From the NCBI GenBank assembly GCA_964434345.1, contig CAYSUY010000002.1, positions 4,708 through 68,707 on the forward strand: DNA of 64,000 nt. The letters are read 5' to 3'. Shown in pieces: positions 9,471-20,017 of the stretch; the first letter of the stretch is position 1; the number at the start of each line of letters is the position of its first letter. The notes under the pieces were generated by a model. It had not been told where the DNA came from and searched no databases. It saw nothing but the letters and a program-made list of their open reading frames with translations. This DNA comes from an uncultured Acetobacteraceae bacterium (GTDB lineage: Bacteria; Pseudomonadota; Alphaproteobacteria; CACIAM-22H2). Made by a program: the position numbers and the translations under genes.

Positions 9471-10484
9471 CTACACGGCCGCGTCACCCTCCACCCAGGG
9501 TGAAGCGGCTCCGGGGAGATCGTCGAGCCTGTGGCACAGGACGACATGCGCCGCGTCGTCCAGGGGGCGCAGAGGCGGAGCAGAACGGCGGCACGCATCA
9601 GCGACATGGAGGCATCGATCGGCGAAGCGGCACCCGCTTGCGGCGGCGAACGGATCCGGCGGCTCGCCCTGCAGAACCGTCTTGGTTCTCCTGGCCGCGG
9701 GAGAGACGGCGGGCACCGATGCCAGCAGAGCCTGCGTGTAGGGATGCCGAGGAGTCCCGAAGATCCGCGCGGCCGGGCCCCTCTCGACGAGCCGGCCCGC
9801 ATACATCACGCCCACGCTGTGGGCGACGCTGCGCACCACACCCATGTCGTGGGACACGAAGATCATCGTCAGACCGAGCCGCGCGCGCAGATCCTGCAGG
9901 AGGTTGAGGATCTGCGCCTGCACCGACACGTCCAGCGCGGCGACCGGCTCGTCGCAGATCAGCAACTCCGGTTCGACAGCAAGCGCGCGCGCAATGACGA
10001 CACGCTGTCGCTGCCCCCCGCTCAGGGCATGCGGGAAGCGACCCGCAAGGCTCGGATCGAGACCGACGAGATCGAGCAGTTCGGCAACGCGCGCGCCAAG
10101 ACGGGCGGCCGGGCGCAGCCGGTGCAGGCGGATCGGCGCGGCTATGGCATCGCCGATCCGTTCGCGCGGATCGAGGGAGGCGAAGGGATCCTGGAAGACG
10201 ATCTGCATGCGGCGCCGCATCGCCCGCAAGCCGGCGCCATCCAGTCCCCGCAGGTCAGTGCCTGCGAAGACGATGCGCCCTTCGTCCGGCTCGATCAGTC
10301 GGAGCACCAGACGGCCGACCGTGGTCTTCCCGCTTCCGCTCTCGCCGACCAGCGCGAAGGTCTCGCCGGCCTCGACGGAGAACGACATGTCCTCGACCGC
10401 ACGCAGGCGTTTCCGGCCTCCCGCTGGGCCAGCTACGTCGAAACTCTTGCCGAGGCCCGAAACCTCGAGGAGCGGCGCGCTCAT
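9471..10484 (-). CDS. peptide/opine/nickel ABC transporter ATP-binding protein (OppF/DppF-like)
   Basis: Walker A GESGSGKTT, ABC signature LSGGQRQR, Walker B LLICDEP and a C-terminal OppD/F extension. Start at MSAPLLEV, overlapping the upstream ATPase stop. Confidence 0.9.
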   Translation of the reverse strand: MSAPLLEVSGLGKSFDVAGPAGGRKRLRAVEDMSFSVEAGETFALVGESGSGKTTVGRLVLRLIEPDEGRIVFAGTDLRGLDGAGLRAMRRRMQIVFQDPFASLDPRERIGDAIAAPIRLHRLRPAARLGARVAELLDLVGLDPSLAGRFPHALSGGQRQRVVIARALAVEPELLICDEPVAALDVSVQAQILNLLQDLRARLGLTMIFVSHDMGVVRSVAHSVGVMYAGRLVERGPAARIFGTPRHPYTQALLASVPAVSPAARRTKTVLQGEPPDPFAAASGCRFADRCLHVADACRRSAPPLRPLDDAAHVVLCHRLDDLPGAASPWVEGDAAV

Positions 10485-11482
10485 GATCCCGCCTCGACCG
10501 GCGCGTTCCAGCACGCGACGCCATGTCCATCCCGGTCGAAAGCAAGCGCGGGCACCTCCGTCCTGCAGCGGTCGATGGCGAAGGGGCAGCGCGGATGGAA
10601 ACGACATCCATCCGGCATGTCGCCTGCGGACGGAACCGAACCACCGATCGCCGCAAGGCGCTCGCCTGGCCGTGCAAGCCGCGGCACGGCAGCGAGCAGC
10701 GACAGCGTGTAGGGATGGCGGGCATCGGAGAAGATCGCCTCGACCGAGGCCTTCTCGACGATCCGGCCCGCGTACATCACGGCCATCTCGTCGCCGAGTT
10801 CCGCGACGACACCCAGATCATGCGTGATCAGCAGCACGGCGGTACCCAGTTCGCGCCGCATCTCGTCCATCAGCGCGAGGATCTGCGCCTGGATGGTGAC
10901 GTCGAGCGCGGTGGTCGGTTCGTCCGCGATGAGCAACCGGGGCCGACAGACGAGCGCCATCGCGATCATGATCCGCTGGCGCATGCCACCGGACAACTGA
11001 TGCGGATAGGATCCCATCCGTGTCTCCGCCGCGGGAATCCGGACGAGGCGCAGCATCTCCAGTGCCGCGAGCCGCGCCTCTGCCGCTCCAAGGCCACGAT
11101 GGACGCGCGCCACCTCGGCGATCTGTTCGCCTATCGTGAACACGGGGTTGAGCGACGTCATGGGCTCCTGGAAGATCATCGCCATGCGATTGCCGCGCAG
11201 GGCCGCGATTTCCGTCTCGTCCAGTCGCCGCAGATCGACCCCGTCGAACGCGAGCGCGTCGGCCTCGATCCTGGCCGCGGGAGACAGGAGCCGCATCACG
11301 GCGAGCGCCGTGAGGCTCTTTCCGGATCCGGATTCGCCGACGAGGCATGTCACCCGTCCGGCCGCCACGTCGAGGTCGACGCCATCCACGGGGCGCGTCG
11401 ATCGCGCGCCGCCGGAGAACCCGATGCGTAAGGCCCGGATGCGCAGCAATGTCTGTGTATGCGATACGGTCGGGGCGTTCAC
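10481..11482 (-). CDS. peptide/opine/nickel ABC transporter ATP-binding protein (OppD/DppD-like)
   Basis: [16 protein letters not shown] and [13 protein letters not shown] chose the in-frame GTG start at 11482 (…[22 protein letters not shown]). The long N-terminal track extension overlaps the divergent permease gene, so I rejected it. Confidence 0.85.
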   Translation of the reverse strand: MNAPTVSHTQTLLRIRALRIGFSGGARSTRPVDGVDLDVAAGRVTCLVGESGSGKSLTALAVMRLLSPAARIEADALAFDGVDLRRLDETEIAALRGNRMAMIFQEPMTSLNPVFTIGEQIAEVARVHRGLGAAEARLAALEMLRLVRIPAAETRMGSYPHQLSGGMRQRIMIAMALVCRPRLLIADEPTTALDVTIQAQILALMDEMRRELGTAVLLITHDLGVVAELGDEMAVMYAGRIVEKASVEAIFSDARHPYTLSLLAAVPRLARPGERLAAIGGSVPSAGDMPDGCRFHPRCPFAIDRCRTEVPALAFDRDGHGVACWNAPVEAGS

Positions 11483-11593
11483 TGCGGCAGCGTATCCAGA
11501 TGTCGGGGGTCGATTGACAACGTCGCATCGCCCAAACGAAACTGAAAGCGGTTTCCGGTTTCCTCGCAAGGACGAAATCCCGACGGCCAGCGG

Positions 11594-12538
11594 ATGACAC
11601 GCTACATCGCGTACAGAGTGCTGGCACTCGTCCCGATCCTGCTCGGCACATCCTTCGTTTCGTTCGGGCTCATTCACCTCGTGCCGGGCGATCCCGTGGT
11701 CGCGATGCTCGGCCTCGAGGCAGACGCCCAGTCGATTGCAGCGCTGCGCGCGAAGCTCGCGCTCGACCGGCCATTCCTCTTCCAGTACCTCGCCTGGCTG
11801 TCGAACATCGCCGTCGGGGATTTCGGCCGTTCGATCCAGGGAGAGCGACCGGTCGCCGCCCTCGTCTTCACGGCACTGATCCCGAGCGCCCAGCTCGCGC
11901 TTGCCGCGCTTGCGGTATCGCTGCTCATCGCGATCCCCACCGGCGTCGTCGCGGCGCGCCATCGCAACGGCCCGAAGGATCTCGCGGCATCCTTCGTCGC
12001 GCTGTGCGGCCTGTCGCTGCCGAGCTTCTGGCTCGGCGTCCTCCTGATCCTCGGTCTCTCGGTCCATGTCCCGCTCTTTCCGTCCTCTGGATACGTTCCG
12101 CCGCTCGCGGATCCGCTCGGTCATCTGCGTCACCTCGCGTTGCCGGCCCTGACGCTCGGCGCCGCGCTCGCAGCGGCCACGATGCGCATGACACGCGCGA
12201 CGATGATCGAGGTGCTGCGCGCCGACTACATCCGCACGGCCCGCGCCAAGGGGCTGCCGGAGCGCGAGGTCGTGTGGCGCCATGCGCTGCGCAACACGAC
12301 CATTCCCCTCGTGACGCTCGTCGGTATCCAGCTCGGACAGTTGCTGGGCGGCGTCGTGGTGACCGAGACCGTGTTCGCATGGCCTGGGATCGGCAAGCTC
12401 ACGGTCGATGCGATCTTCGCGCGCGACTACCCGGTGGTGCAGGCGACGATCCTCGTCACGGCGGCCCTGTTCGTCCTGCTGAATCTCGCCACCGACATCG
12501 CCTATGCGATGCTCGATCCGAGGATCAGGCTGTCATGA
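11594..12538 (+). CDS. ABC transporter permease (OppB/DppB-like)
   Basis: MTRYIAYRVLALVPILLG... and the EAA-like region ...IRTARAKGLPE.... 314 aa. Confidence 0.9.
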   Translation: MTRYIAYRVLALVPILLGTSFVSFGLIHLVPGDPVVAMLGLEADAQSIAALRAKLALDRPFLFQYLAWLSNIAVGDFGRSIQGERPVAALVFTALIPSAQLALAALAVSLLIAIPTGVVAARHRNGPKDLAASFVALCGLSLPSFWLGVLLILGLSVHVPLFPSSGYVPPLADPLGHLRHLALPALTLGAALAAATMRMTRATMIEVLRADYIRTARAKGLPEREVVWRHALRNTTIPLVTLVGIQLGQLLGGVVVTETVFAWPGIGKLTVDAIFARDYPVVQATILVTAALFVLLNLATDIAYAMLDPRIRLS

Positions 12539-13338
12539 TGATGGATCCGCGCACCGCGATCGGCGCAGCGATCGTAGCGGTGGTCGCATGCGCGGCCCTG
12601 GGCGCGCCCTGGCTGGCGCCGCACGATCCCAACCTTCCCGATTTCGCGGCCGCACTCGCGCCTCCGGGCGCGTCGCACTGGTTCGGCGCCGATGATCTGG
12701 GGCGCGACACGTTTTCGCGCATCGTCCACGGGGCGCGCGCGTCCCTGATGGTCGGCTTCCTCAGCGTCGCGGGCGCCCTGGTCCTGGGAACCGGCCTCGG
12801 GCTCATCGCCGGATATTTCGGCGGGCTGGCCGATGCCGCGATCATGCGGGTGATGGATGTGCTTTTCGCCTTCCCGGGCATCCTGCTCGCGCTGGGAATC
12901 ACCGCGGCGCTCGGCCCCTCCCTCAGCAACGCGATCCTCGCCATCGCCGTCGTGAACCTGCCGATCTTCGCGCGTCTCGCGCGTAGCCAGGCGCTGGTGA
13001 TCAGGTCGCTCGATTATGTCGAGGCCAGACGCGCGCTCGGCTTCGGTCCGCTTTCTATCCTCGTGTCGACCGTGCTGCCCAATGCCATGGGACCGATCGT
13101 GGTCCAGGCATCCCTGCTCTTCGCCTCGGCCATCATCACCGAGTCCTATCTGTCCTTCCTGGGGCTTGGCGTCCAGCCGCCGACCCCTACCTGGGGAAAT
13201 ATGCTCCGCGGCGCGATCGGGTTCCTCGACATGTCGGCCTGGCTCGCATGGTTTCCCGGCATCGCGATCTTCGCTACGGTGCTCGGGTTCAATCTTCTGG
13301 GCGACGGATTGCGCGACCGTCTCGATCCGCGCGCCTGA
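12535..13338 (+). CDS. ABC transporter permease (OppC/DppC-like)
   Basis: MMMDPRTAIGAAIVAVV... and ...HWFGADDLGRDTFSRIVHGAR.... Its ATG overlaps the upstream stop (ATGA). Confidence 0.9.
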   Translation: MMMDPRTAIGAAIVAVVACAALGAPWLAPHDPNLPDFAAALAPPGASHWFGADDLGRDTFSRIVHGARASLMVGFLSVAGALVLGTGLGLIAGYFGGLADAAIMRVMDVLFAFPGILLALGITAALGPSLSNAILAIAVVNLPIFARLARSQALVIRSLDYVEARRALGFGPLSILVSTVLPNAMGPIVVQASLLFASAIITESYLSFLGLGVQPPTPTWGNMLRGAIGFLDMSAWLAWFPGIAIFATVLGFNLLGDGLRDRLDPRA

Positions 13339-13375
13339 CGAAAATTCCGATCAAACTTCTTGGGGGACCGCAGAC

Positions 13376-14896
13376 ATGACGACCACGCGACGCCAATTCG
13401 CACGCCTCGCCGGCTCGATCCCGGCCTTGTCCCTGGCGACCGGCATGGGAAGCGCCAACGCACAGGCCGCGCGCACGCTCAATGTCGGGATCGTCTCCGA
13501 TCCGGTCACGCTGGATCCGGCAATGATGGCCTCGTTCTTCGAGATCCTCGTCCAGTACAACATCCACGAACCGCTCCTGCATCTGACGCCGGACCTCAAG
13601 ATCGAGCCGGGTCTCGCCGCGGTCGAGATCGTCGATCCGGTCACCTACCGGTTCACGCTCAAGCAAGGGCTGACGTTCCACGACGGGACCACGATCGATG
13701 CCGCGGCCGCCAAGGCCAATTTCGACCGCATGCTCGATCCGGCCACCGGATCCCCGCGCCGCGGAGAACTCGGGCCGATCGATGCGGTCGAGGTGACGGG
13801 CCCCCTCACCTTCGTCGTCCGCTTCAAGGCGCCCTATGCGCCATTCCTGCAGGTCCTCGCCAATCGTGCCGGCATGATGGTCTCCCCTTCGGCCCTGAGA
13901 TCGCTCGGCGCCGATTTCGCGACGAAGGCCGTCGGCGCGGGCCCGTTCAAGGTGGCGTCCTGGACCAAGAATTCGGAACTCGTGCTCGAGCGCTTCGCCG
14001 GATATTGGCGGAGCGGGCTGCCGAGCATCGACCGTGTCGTGTTCCGGCCGATCGCCGACGAGACCGTACGGCTCGCCAACCTGCGATCCGGAACGCTCCA
14101 CCTCGTCGACGGCGTCCCGCCGCAATCCGTCGCGCAGCTCGGTCGCGAAGCGAATGTCGCCGTCAAGCAGCAGCCAGGGCTCGGCTTCAACGCGTTCTCG
14201 TTCAACACGACACGCGGCGTGTTCGCCGATGCGCGGGTACGCCGCGCCTTCGTCCTGACCATGGATCCCGACGTGATCCAGCGTGTCGTCTATTTCAACA
14301 CCGGCGCTCCCGCATACGGTCCGATCCCGCCGTCGATCGGCTGGGCGCATGACCCGGCGTTCAAGCCCAATCGCCTCGACCGCGACGGCGCGCGCAAGCT
14401 CCTCGCGGACGCGGGTCAGGGCGCCGCGCCGGTCCCCGTCACAATTACCGTGACCAACTCTCCGCTGCAGGTGCGCATCGCTGAGGTGCTCCAGAGCCAA
14501 GCCAACCAGGCCGGTTTCAAGGTGGACATCAAGCAGATCGATGCCACGAGCCTGATCACCGTCCTGCGTCAGCGCGACTTCGACCTCTGCATGTCGCCAT
14601 GGTCGGGCCGGTCCGATCCCGACGGGAACATGTTCAACTACTTCACCAAGACCGGCCCGAACAATTTCGCCGGCTGGCAGTCCGATACGGTGACCGACCT
14701 GCTGACCCGCGCGCGCAGCGTCGTCGACCAGGCCGAGCGCGCCAGGCTCTACCGCGCCGCGGAAACGGCCATCGCCGCCGAGATGCCGATGCTGTTCGTG
14801 CATTTCGACGCGACGATCCAGGCATCGACGAGCCGCCTCGACTGGACCCAGTATGCCGACGGCGCGCTGCGGCTGCAGTTCGCGAAGCTCGGGTGA
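13376..14896 (+). CDS. ABC transporter substrate-binding protein, family 5 (peptide/opine/nickel), Tat signal
   Basis: MTTTRRQFARLAGSIPALSLATG... has a twin-arginine motif. SBP_bac_5 features are present. GGGGA lies upstream. Confidence 0.9.
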   Translation: MTTTRRQFARLAGSIPALSLATGMGSANAQAARTLNVGIVSDPVTLDPAMMASFFEILVQYNIHEPLLHLTPDLKIEPGLAAVEIVDPVTYRFTLKQGLTFHDGTTIDAAAAKANFDRMLDPATGSPRRGELGPIDAVEVTGPLTFVVRFKAPYAPFLQVLANRAGMMVSPSALRSLGADFATKAVGAGPFKVASWTKNSELVLERFAGYWRSGLPSIDRVVFRPIADETVRLANLRSGTLHLVDGVPPQSVAQLGREANVAVKQQPGLGFNAFSFNTTRGVFADARVRRAFVLTMDPDVIQRVVYFNTGAPAYGPIPPSIGWAHDPAFKPNRLDRDGARKLLADAGQGAAPVPVTITVTNSPLQVRIAEVLQSQANQAGFKVDIKQIDATSLITVLRQRDFDLCMSPWSGRSDPDGNMFNYFTKTGPNNFAGWQSDTVTDLLTRARSVVDQAERARLYRAAETAIAAEMPMLFVHFDATIQASTSRLDWTQYADGALRLQFAKLG

Positions 14897-14906
14897 GGCG
14901 CCTGAC

Positions 14907-15695
14907 ATGGCAAGCGATCTGAAGCTGCTGCTCGCGGGCGAGAGCTGGACCACCACCGCGACGCATATCAAGGGCTGGGACCAGTTCCACTCCGCCACCT
15001 TCCATCGCGGCGCCGACCATTTCGTCGCCGCGATGCGCAAGGCGGGCATAGCGATCGACTACATGCCGAGCCATGTCGCGGCGGCCGATTTCCCCCTCGA
15101 TCCCGAGGCCCTGGACGCCTACGACGCGATCATCCTGAGCGACATCGGCTCGAACACGCTGCTGCTGCCGCCGCAGGTGTGGATCGAATCGAAGACCGCC
15201 CCAAACCGCCTCAAGCTGATCCGCGACTACGTGGCCCGCGGCGGCGGGCTTGTGATGATCGGTGGCTACTACAGCTTCCAGGGGCTCAACGGAGGCGCGC
15301 GCTATCACCGCACGCCGATCGAGGAAATCCTGCCGGTCTCGATGCATCCCTTCGACGATCGCGTCGAGATCCCCGAGGGGTTCACCGCTGTCGTCGGCAA
15401 GACGGCGCGTCGGCATCCGATCCTGAAGGATGTTCCCGCCGGCCCGTGGCCGGTGCTTCTCGGCGTCAACGAGGTGAAGGCGAAGCGCGGCGCGACGGTG
15501 CTCGCCTCCGTGCCAGCCGATCAGGGCGGGCATCCGCTCCTCGTCGCCGGAACCCACGGCAAGGGCCGCAGCGTCGCCTGGACGTCTGACATCGGACCAC
15601 ACTGGCTGCCTGGCGCCTTCTCTGACTGGGACGGCTTCCGTCCGCTCTGGTCGAACCTGCTGCGCTGGGTCGCGCGGACCGACGCGCGCCGCTAG
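14907..15695 (+). CDS. class-I glutamine amidotransferase-like (ThuA/DJ-1-like fold) domain protein
   Basis: 262 aa from MASDLKLLLAGESW.... ...YDAIILSDIGSNTLL... and ...GGGLVMIGGYYSF... resemble the ThuA/GATase1-like core. The CDS call is confident; the family assignment is tentative. Confidence 0.6.
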   Translation: MASDLKLLLAGESWTTTATHIKGWDQFHSATFHRGADHFVAAMRKAGIAIDYMPSHVAAADFPLDPEALDAYDAIILSDIGSNTLLLPPQVWIESKTAPNRLKLIRDYVARGGGLVMIGGYYSFQGLNGGARYHRTPIEEILPVSMHPFDDRVEIPEGFTAVVGKTARRHPILKDVPAGPWPVLLGVNEVKAKRGATVLASVPADQGGHPLLVAGTHGKGRSVAWTSDIGPHWLPGAFSDWDGFRPLWSNLLRWVARTDARR

Positions 15696-15778
15696 TCCTG
15701 CGCGTCGCGCATGGGCCCGAGCCTTGCCGGGCCGCTGATGGGCGCGGTAGCGTCATGAGCGACTCAGGGGAGGGGCTC

Positions 15779-17374
15779 ATGACGCATACGGACAATCACG
15801 CCACATCCGGGATCCTGGCCGCGGCGCCGTCGCTGGACAGGCGCACGCTGCTGCGTCTTGCCCTCGCCTCCGGCGCGCTGGGCATCGCACCCGAGGCACT
15901 GGCGCAATCCGGCGCCGGCGCGCCCAAGCGCGGCGGTCGCCTGACGATCGGCGCCGATGCCGATCCGATCGGCCTCGATCCGGTCACGCTCACCGCGTTC
16001 TCGTCCTACGACTTCACGGCGCTGATCTACAGCGGATTGCTGCGCTGGAACGCCGACATGAAGGTCGAGCCCGACCTCGCCACCGGCTTCGAGCAACCAG
16101 ACCCGACGACCTACATCTTCAAGCTTCGCAGCGGCGTGAAATTCCACAACGGACAGGAGTTCGAGGCTGCGGACGTCAAGCACACCTTCGACCGCATCCG
16201 CGATCCGGCCTCGGCGAGCCCGAGCGCGACGATCTTCGCGAGCGTGAAGGACGTCACGGTCGTCGACCGGTTGACCGTGCGGTTCGATCTCCATGCGCCG
16301 AGCGCCGCTTTCCTCAGCTATCTCGCGACCAATCCCACGGGCGTCATCGTCCCGCGCGGCGTCGGCGAACTCGCCACCAAGCCTGTCGGCACGGGACCGT
16401 TCGTATTCGAGTCCTACCAGCCGAACCAGCAATTCACGCTCAAGGCCAATCCCAGCTACTACGAGGCGGGGCTGCCCTATCTCGACACCGTCGTGTTCCG
16501 CTTCTTCAAGGACCAGGCGTCGCTCACCTCGGCACTGCGGTCCAAGGCGATCGACATGACGTGGTTCAAGGATCCGAAGGTCTCGGCGCAGATCGTCCGG
16601 ACGTCGTCCGACCTGGTCTCGGCCCCCGGCAAGACCACGCGCACCTTCCCGGTCTGGATGAACATGAAGGCAGCGCCGCTGAACGACGTGCGCGTGCGCC
16701 GCGCGCTCAGCCTCGCCACCGACCGGGCCGCTTGCCTTCAGACGGTGCTTGGGGGCTCCGGCAAGGTTGCCGCGATGGTCCCCGAAAGCCATGTCGGTGG
16801 CTACGATGGCGCCGGCGAGATGCCGTACTACAAGACGGACATCGCCGCCGCGAAGAAGCTGCTGGCGGAGGCCGGCCACCCGAACGGCATCGACCTGGGC
16901 GACTATCTCGTCGTCGCAGCCAATCCGCTCGACGTCAGCTGCGCCCAGATCCTGCAGCAGCAATGGGCCGAAGCCGGCATCAAGGTCGCCATCAAGCCGA
17001 TGGAGACTGCACCGCTGATCGGCATGTGGCTGAAGGGCGAGTTCCCGACCCTGCTCTCGGTCGCCCTGAGCTGGAGCCCCGACCCCGACGCGATCGTCTC
17101 GCGCATCACCTCGATGCATGGCCAGGGCAAATCCTCCGGCATGGCCGATGCCAAGCTCGACGCGATGGTCGTGGAGGCACGGACGATCCTCGATCGCGGC
17201 AAGCGCGCGGAAGCCTACATGGCCATCCAGCGGCACATCGCCGACAACGCCTATGTGCTGGACATCTACCAATATCCGCTGCGCTGGGAAGCCTGGTGGA
17301 GCTACGCGAAGGGCTATGCCCCCCTCGCCGCCAACATCCGCAGCTTCGTGCGCACGACCTGGATCGACAAGTGA
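15779..17374 (+). CDS. second ABC transporter substrate-binding protein, family 5, Tat signal
   Basis: Start MTHTDN.. with GGGGAGGGG 3 nt upstream; RRTLLRLALASGALG Tat-like leader; SBP_bac_5-like body. Confidence 0.88.
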   Translation: MTHTDNHATSGILAAAPSLDRRTLLRLALASGALGIAPEALAQSGAGAPKRGGRLTIGADADPIGLDPVTLTAFSSYDFTALIYSGLLRWNADMKVEPDLATGFEQPDPTTYIFKLRSGVKFHNGQEFEAADVKHTFDRIRDPASASPSATIFASVKDVTVVDRLTVRFDLHAPSAAFLSYLATNPTGVIVPRGVGELATKPVGTGPFVFESYQPNQQFTLKANPSYYEAGLPYLDTVVFRFFKDQASLTSALRSKAIDMTWFKDPKVSAQIVRTSSDLVSAPGKTTRTFPVWMNMKAAPLNDVRVRRALSLATDRAACLQTVLGGSGKVAAMVPESHVGGYDGAGEMPYYKTDIAAAKKLLAEAGHPNGIDLGDYLVVAANPLDVSCAQILQQQWAEAGIKVAIKPMETAPLIGMWLKGEFPTLLSVALSWSPDPDAIVSRITSMHGQGKSSGMADAKLDAMVVEARTILDRGKRAEAYMAIQRHIADNAYVLDIYQYPLRWEAWWSYAKGYAPLAANIRSFVRTTWIDK

Positions 17375-17440
17375 GACACTGATGCCGGTCGCCCTCCGCC
17401 ACACGCGGGCGAACGGGACAAAGACGGGACGAGGCGCGCC

Positions 17441-18385
17441 ATGATGCGCATGGTTGCGCTTCGCCTCGCCCTCACCCTGCCGATCCTGCTCGGCGTCTCC
17501 ATGGTCGCGTTCGCGCTGATGCGCGCGCTGCCGGGAGATTTCGCGCAGGCGTCGGCGGGTACGACCACGATCTCGGCGGAGGCTCTCGATCAGATCCGGC
17601 GCAATCTCGGTCTCGACCGTCCGATCTGGGCCCAGTATCTGGCCTGGCTGGGCAAGGCCCTGCAAGGCGATCTCGGACTTTCCTTCGCGACCAGGCGTCC
17701 CGTGCTCGGCGAACTCGTCCCGCGTTTTCTCGTCACGGCCGAATTGACGCTGATCGCGGGATTGATGGCGCTGACGCTCGGGACTTGCACCGGCCTTGCG
17801 TCCGCGCGCCTGCGCGGGCGCGTCGACTGGATCGTGCGCGGCTGGAACAGCCTGCTGCTCGCGGTCCCTAATTTCGTCGTCGCCACGCTCATCGTGCTGC
17901 TCGCAGGGCTCTATTTCCCGACCATCGGGATCTTCACCTATGTGCCTTTCGCCGAGGACCCGGTCGCGAATGTCGCCAGCCTGCTGCTCCCGGCGCTGTC
18001 GCTGGCGCTCACCGTGTCGGTCACGATCTCCGAGAACACGCGCGCCGCAGTGCTCGAGGTGTCGAGCCAGGACTATGTGATGGTGGCGCGTGCCAAGGGC
18101 TTGACCGCCGGCGCGGTGCTGCGCGACTACCTTGTGCGCAACGCCCTTACGCCCGTGATCACGGTCACCGGGCTGCAGATGGCCGCGCTGCTGGGTGGTT
18201 CGATCCTGATCGAGACGATCTTCACGATACCGGGCATGGGTCAGTACCTGTTCGAATCGGTGACCACCCGCGACTACCCTGCGATCCAGGGCATCGTCCT
18301 CGTCGCCGCCAGCGTGGTGCTGCTCGTCAACGTGGCCGTGGACATCGCCTATGCCCGGGTCGACGCGCGTGTGTCCTATGACTGA
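17441..18385 (+). CDS. ABC transporter permease (OppB-like), second system
   Basis: MMRMVALRLALTLPILLG... and ...VMVARAKGLTAG.... Confidence 0.9.
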   Translation: MMRMVALRLALTLPILLGVSMVAFALMRALPGDFAQASAGTTTISAEALDQIRRNLGLDRPIWAQYLAWLGKALQGDLGLSFATRRPVLGELVPRFLVTAELTLIAGLMALTLGTCTGLASARLRGRVDWIVRGWNSLLLAVPNFVVATLIVLLAGLYFPTIGIFTYVPFAEDPVANVASLLLPALSLALTVSVTISENTRAAVLEVSSQDYVMVARAKGLTAGAVLRDYLVRNALTPVITVTGLQMAALLGGSILIETIFTIPGMGQYLFESVTTRDYPAIQGIVLVAASVVLLVNVAVDIAYARVDARVSYD

Positions 18386-19208
18386 TGCCGCGCCACGCCG
18401 CACGCATCGTGGCATCGCGATGGTCGCGATCGGCGCGGCGATGCTGGCGCTGCTGCTGCTCATCGTCGTCGCTGGCCCGTCGATCGCGCCTTTCAACGCG
18501 GCGAAGACATCCGCAAACTCGCTTGCAGGTCCCGATGCGACGCACTGGCTCGGGACCGATTCGATCGGTCGCGATCTTCTGAGCCGGTTGATCGTAGGCG
18601 GCCGCGGAACGCTGATGATCACCTTCGTCGCGGTGTCGCTGGCGCTCGCCGCCGGCCTCGTCCTTGGCCTCGTGTCCGGCTATGTCGGCGGCAAGGTCGA
18701 CCTCGTCATCATGCGCCTGCTCGACGTGGTCTTCGCGTTTCCGGTCTTCCTCCTGGCGATCGCCGTGGTCGCCGCGCTGGGTCCCACGGTCCGGAACCTG
18801 ATCATCACGATCGCGATCGTCTACACACCGACCCTCGCGCGGGTGGTTCGCGGCCCCGTCCTGAGCGTCAAGCGCTGGGACCATGTCGAGGCGGCACGCA
18901 GCGTCGGCGTCGGCGAGTTCCGGATCGCCGTCGTGCATGTGCTGCCGCTGGTGATCTCGCCGATCCTGGTCCAGACCAGCCTGACGCTCGCCAACACGAT
19001 CTTCACGGTGACCGCACTGTCTTTCCTCGGCCTCGGGCCGCCGCCGCCCGACCCCAATTGGGGCAGCATGCTCGCCGAGGCGCGGCAATTCATGGAACTC
19101 GCCCCGCTGACTGTCATCGGCCCCGCGGTGGCCATCGTCTTCGCCTCCCTGACCTTCATCGTGCTGGCCAACGGCCTGCGCGAAGTCCTGGACGTCGGGA
19201 GCAGGTGA
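18378..19208 (+). CDS. ABC transporter permease (OppC-like), second system
   Basis: MTDAAPRRTHRGIAMVAIG... and ...HWLGTDSIGRDLLSRLIVG.... Overlaps the upstream gene by 8 nt. Confidence 0.88.
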   Translation: MTDAAPRRTHRGIAMVAIGAAMLALLLLIVVAGPSIAPFNAAKTSANSLAGPDATHWLGTDSIGRDLLSRLIVGGRGTLMITFVAVSLALAAGLVLGLVSGYVGGKVDLVIMRLLDVVFAFPVFLLAIAVVAALGPTVRNLIITIAIVYTPTLARVVRGPVLSVKRWDHVEAARSVGVGEFRIAVVHVLPLVISPILVQTSLTLANTIFTVTALSFLGLGPPPPDPNWGSMLAEARQFMELAPLTVIGPAVAIVFASLTFIVLANGLREVLDVGSR

Positions 19209-20017
19209 TGGAACCGCTCCTCGAAGTCCGCGGCCTGACCGCACGCTTCGCCCGCGATGGCAATCCCACGACCGTGGTGAAGGGCGTTTCCTTCGATATC
19301 GCGCCCGGCGAGGCGGTCGGTTTCGTCGGGGAATCGGGCTGCGGCAAGAGCGTCACGGCGCGGGCCATCATGCGCCTCGCGCCCGAAGGGTCCTCGGTTG
19401 CATGGGGCGGGCGGATCGCGTTTCGCGGTCGTGACCTCCTCGCGCTGACGGAGCGCGAGATGCGCGATGTCCGGGGACGGCGGATCGCCATGGTCTTCCA
19501 GGATCCCATGGCCTCCCTGAACCCGGTGATGAGTGTCGGCGCGCAGATCGACGACATCCTCCGGCGCCACATGTCCCTCTCCCGCAGCGCAGCCCGGCGA
19601 CGCACGGTCGAGTTGCTCGGTCTGGTCGGGATCCGAGATCCGGCCGTCCGCGCCGACGATTTTCCCCACCAGTTCTCGGGTGGGATGCGCCAACGCGTCC
19701 TGATCGCGATCGCCGTGTCGTGCCAGCCCGATCTCCTGATCGCCGACGAACCGACGACCGCGCTCGACGTCACCGTGCAGGCGCAGATCCTGCGCCTGCT
19801 CAACCGGCTTCGCCGCGAATTGGGCATGGCGCTGATGCTGATCACCCATGATTTCGGCGTGATCGCGGGCATGGTCGAACGGGTCAACGTCATGCACGGC
19901 GGCGAGATCGTGGAGGCGGGAGCGATCGACCAACTCTTCGCCGCGCCGACGCATCCCTACACGCGCGCCTTGCTCGCGGCAGTACCGCGCCTGGACGGAG
20001 CGAGGCCGGGCGGATGA
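19208..20017 (+). CDS. ABC transporter ATP-binding protein (OppD-like, short form)
   Basis: MEPLLEVRGL, GESGCGKS, FSGGMRQR and [12 protein letters not shown]. 1-nt overlap with the upstream stop. Confidence 0.9.
   Translation: MEPLLEVRGLTARFARDGNPTTVVKGVSFDIAPGEAVGFVGESGCGKSVTARAIMRLAPEGSSVAWGGRIAFRGRDLLALTEREMRDVRGRRIAMVFQDPMASLNPVMSVGAQIDDILRRHMSLSRSAARRRTVELLGLVGIRDPAVRADDFPHQFSGGMRQRVLIAIAVSCQPDLLIADEPTTALDVTVQAQILRLLNRLRRELGMALMLITHDFGVIAGMVERVNVMHGGEIVEAGAIDQLFAAPTHPYTRALLAAVPRLDGARPGG

Noticed and set aside
15764-18622. A 952 aa ORF on the minus strand. Similar very long antisense ORFs include 32922..36713 +, 43972..46227 +, 49196..51247 +, 13289..15049 -, 3255..4373 - and 17..1219 +.
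   Set aside because: All lie antisense to genes with unambiguous family signatures (ABC components, hydantoinases, the ABC-F ATPase, glycerol-cluster enzymes). Their translations are Arg/Ala/Gly/Pro-rich low-complexity strings typical of stop-codon-poor frames in ~68% GC DNA.
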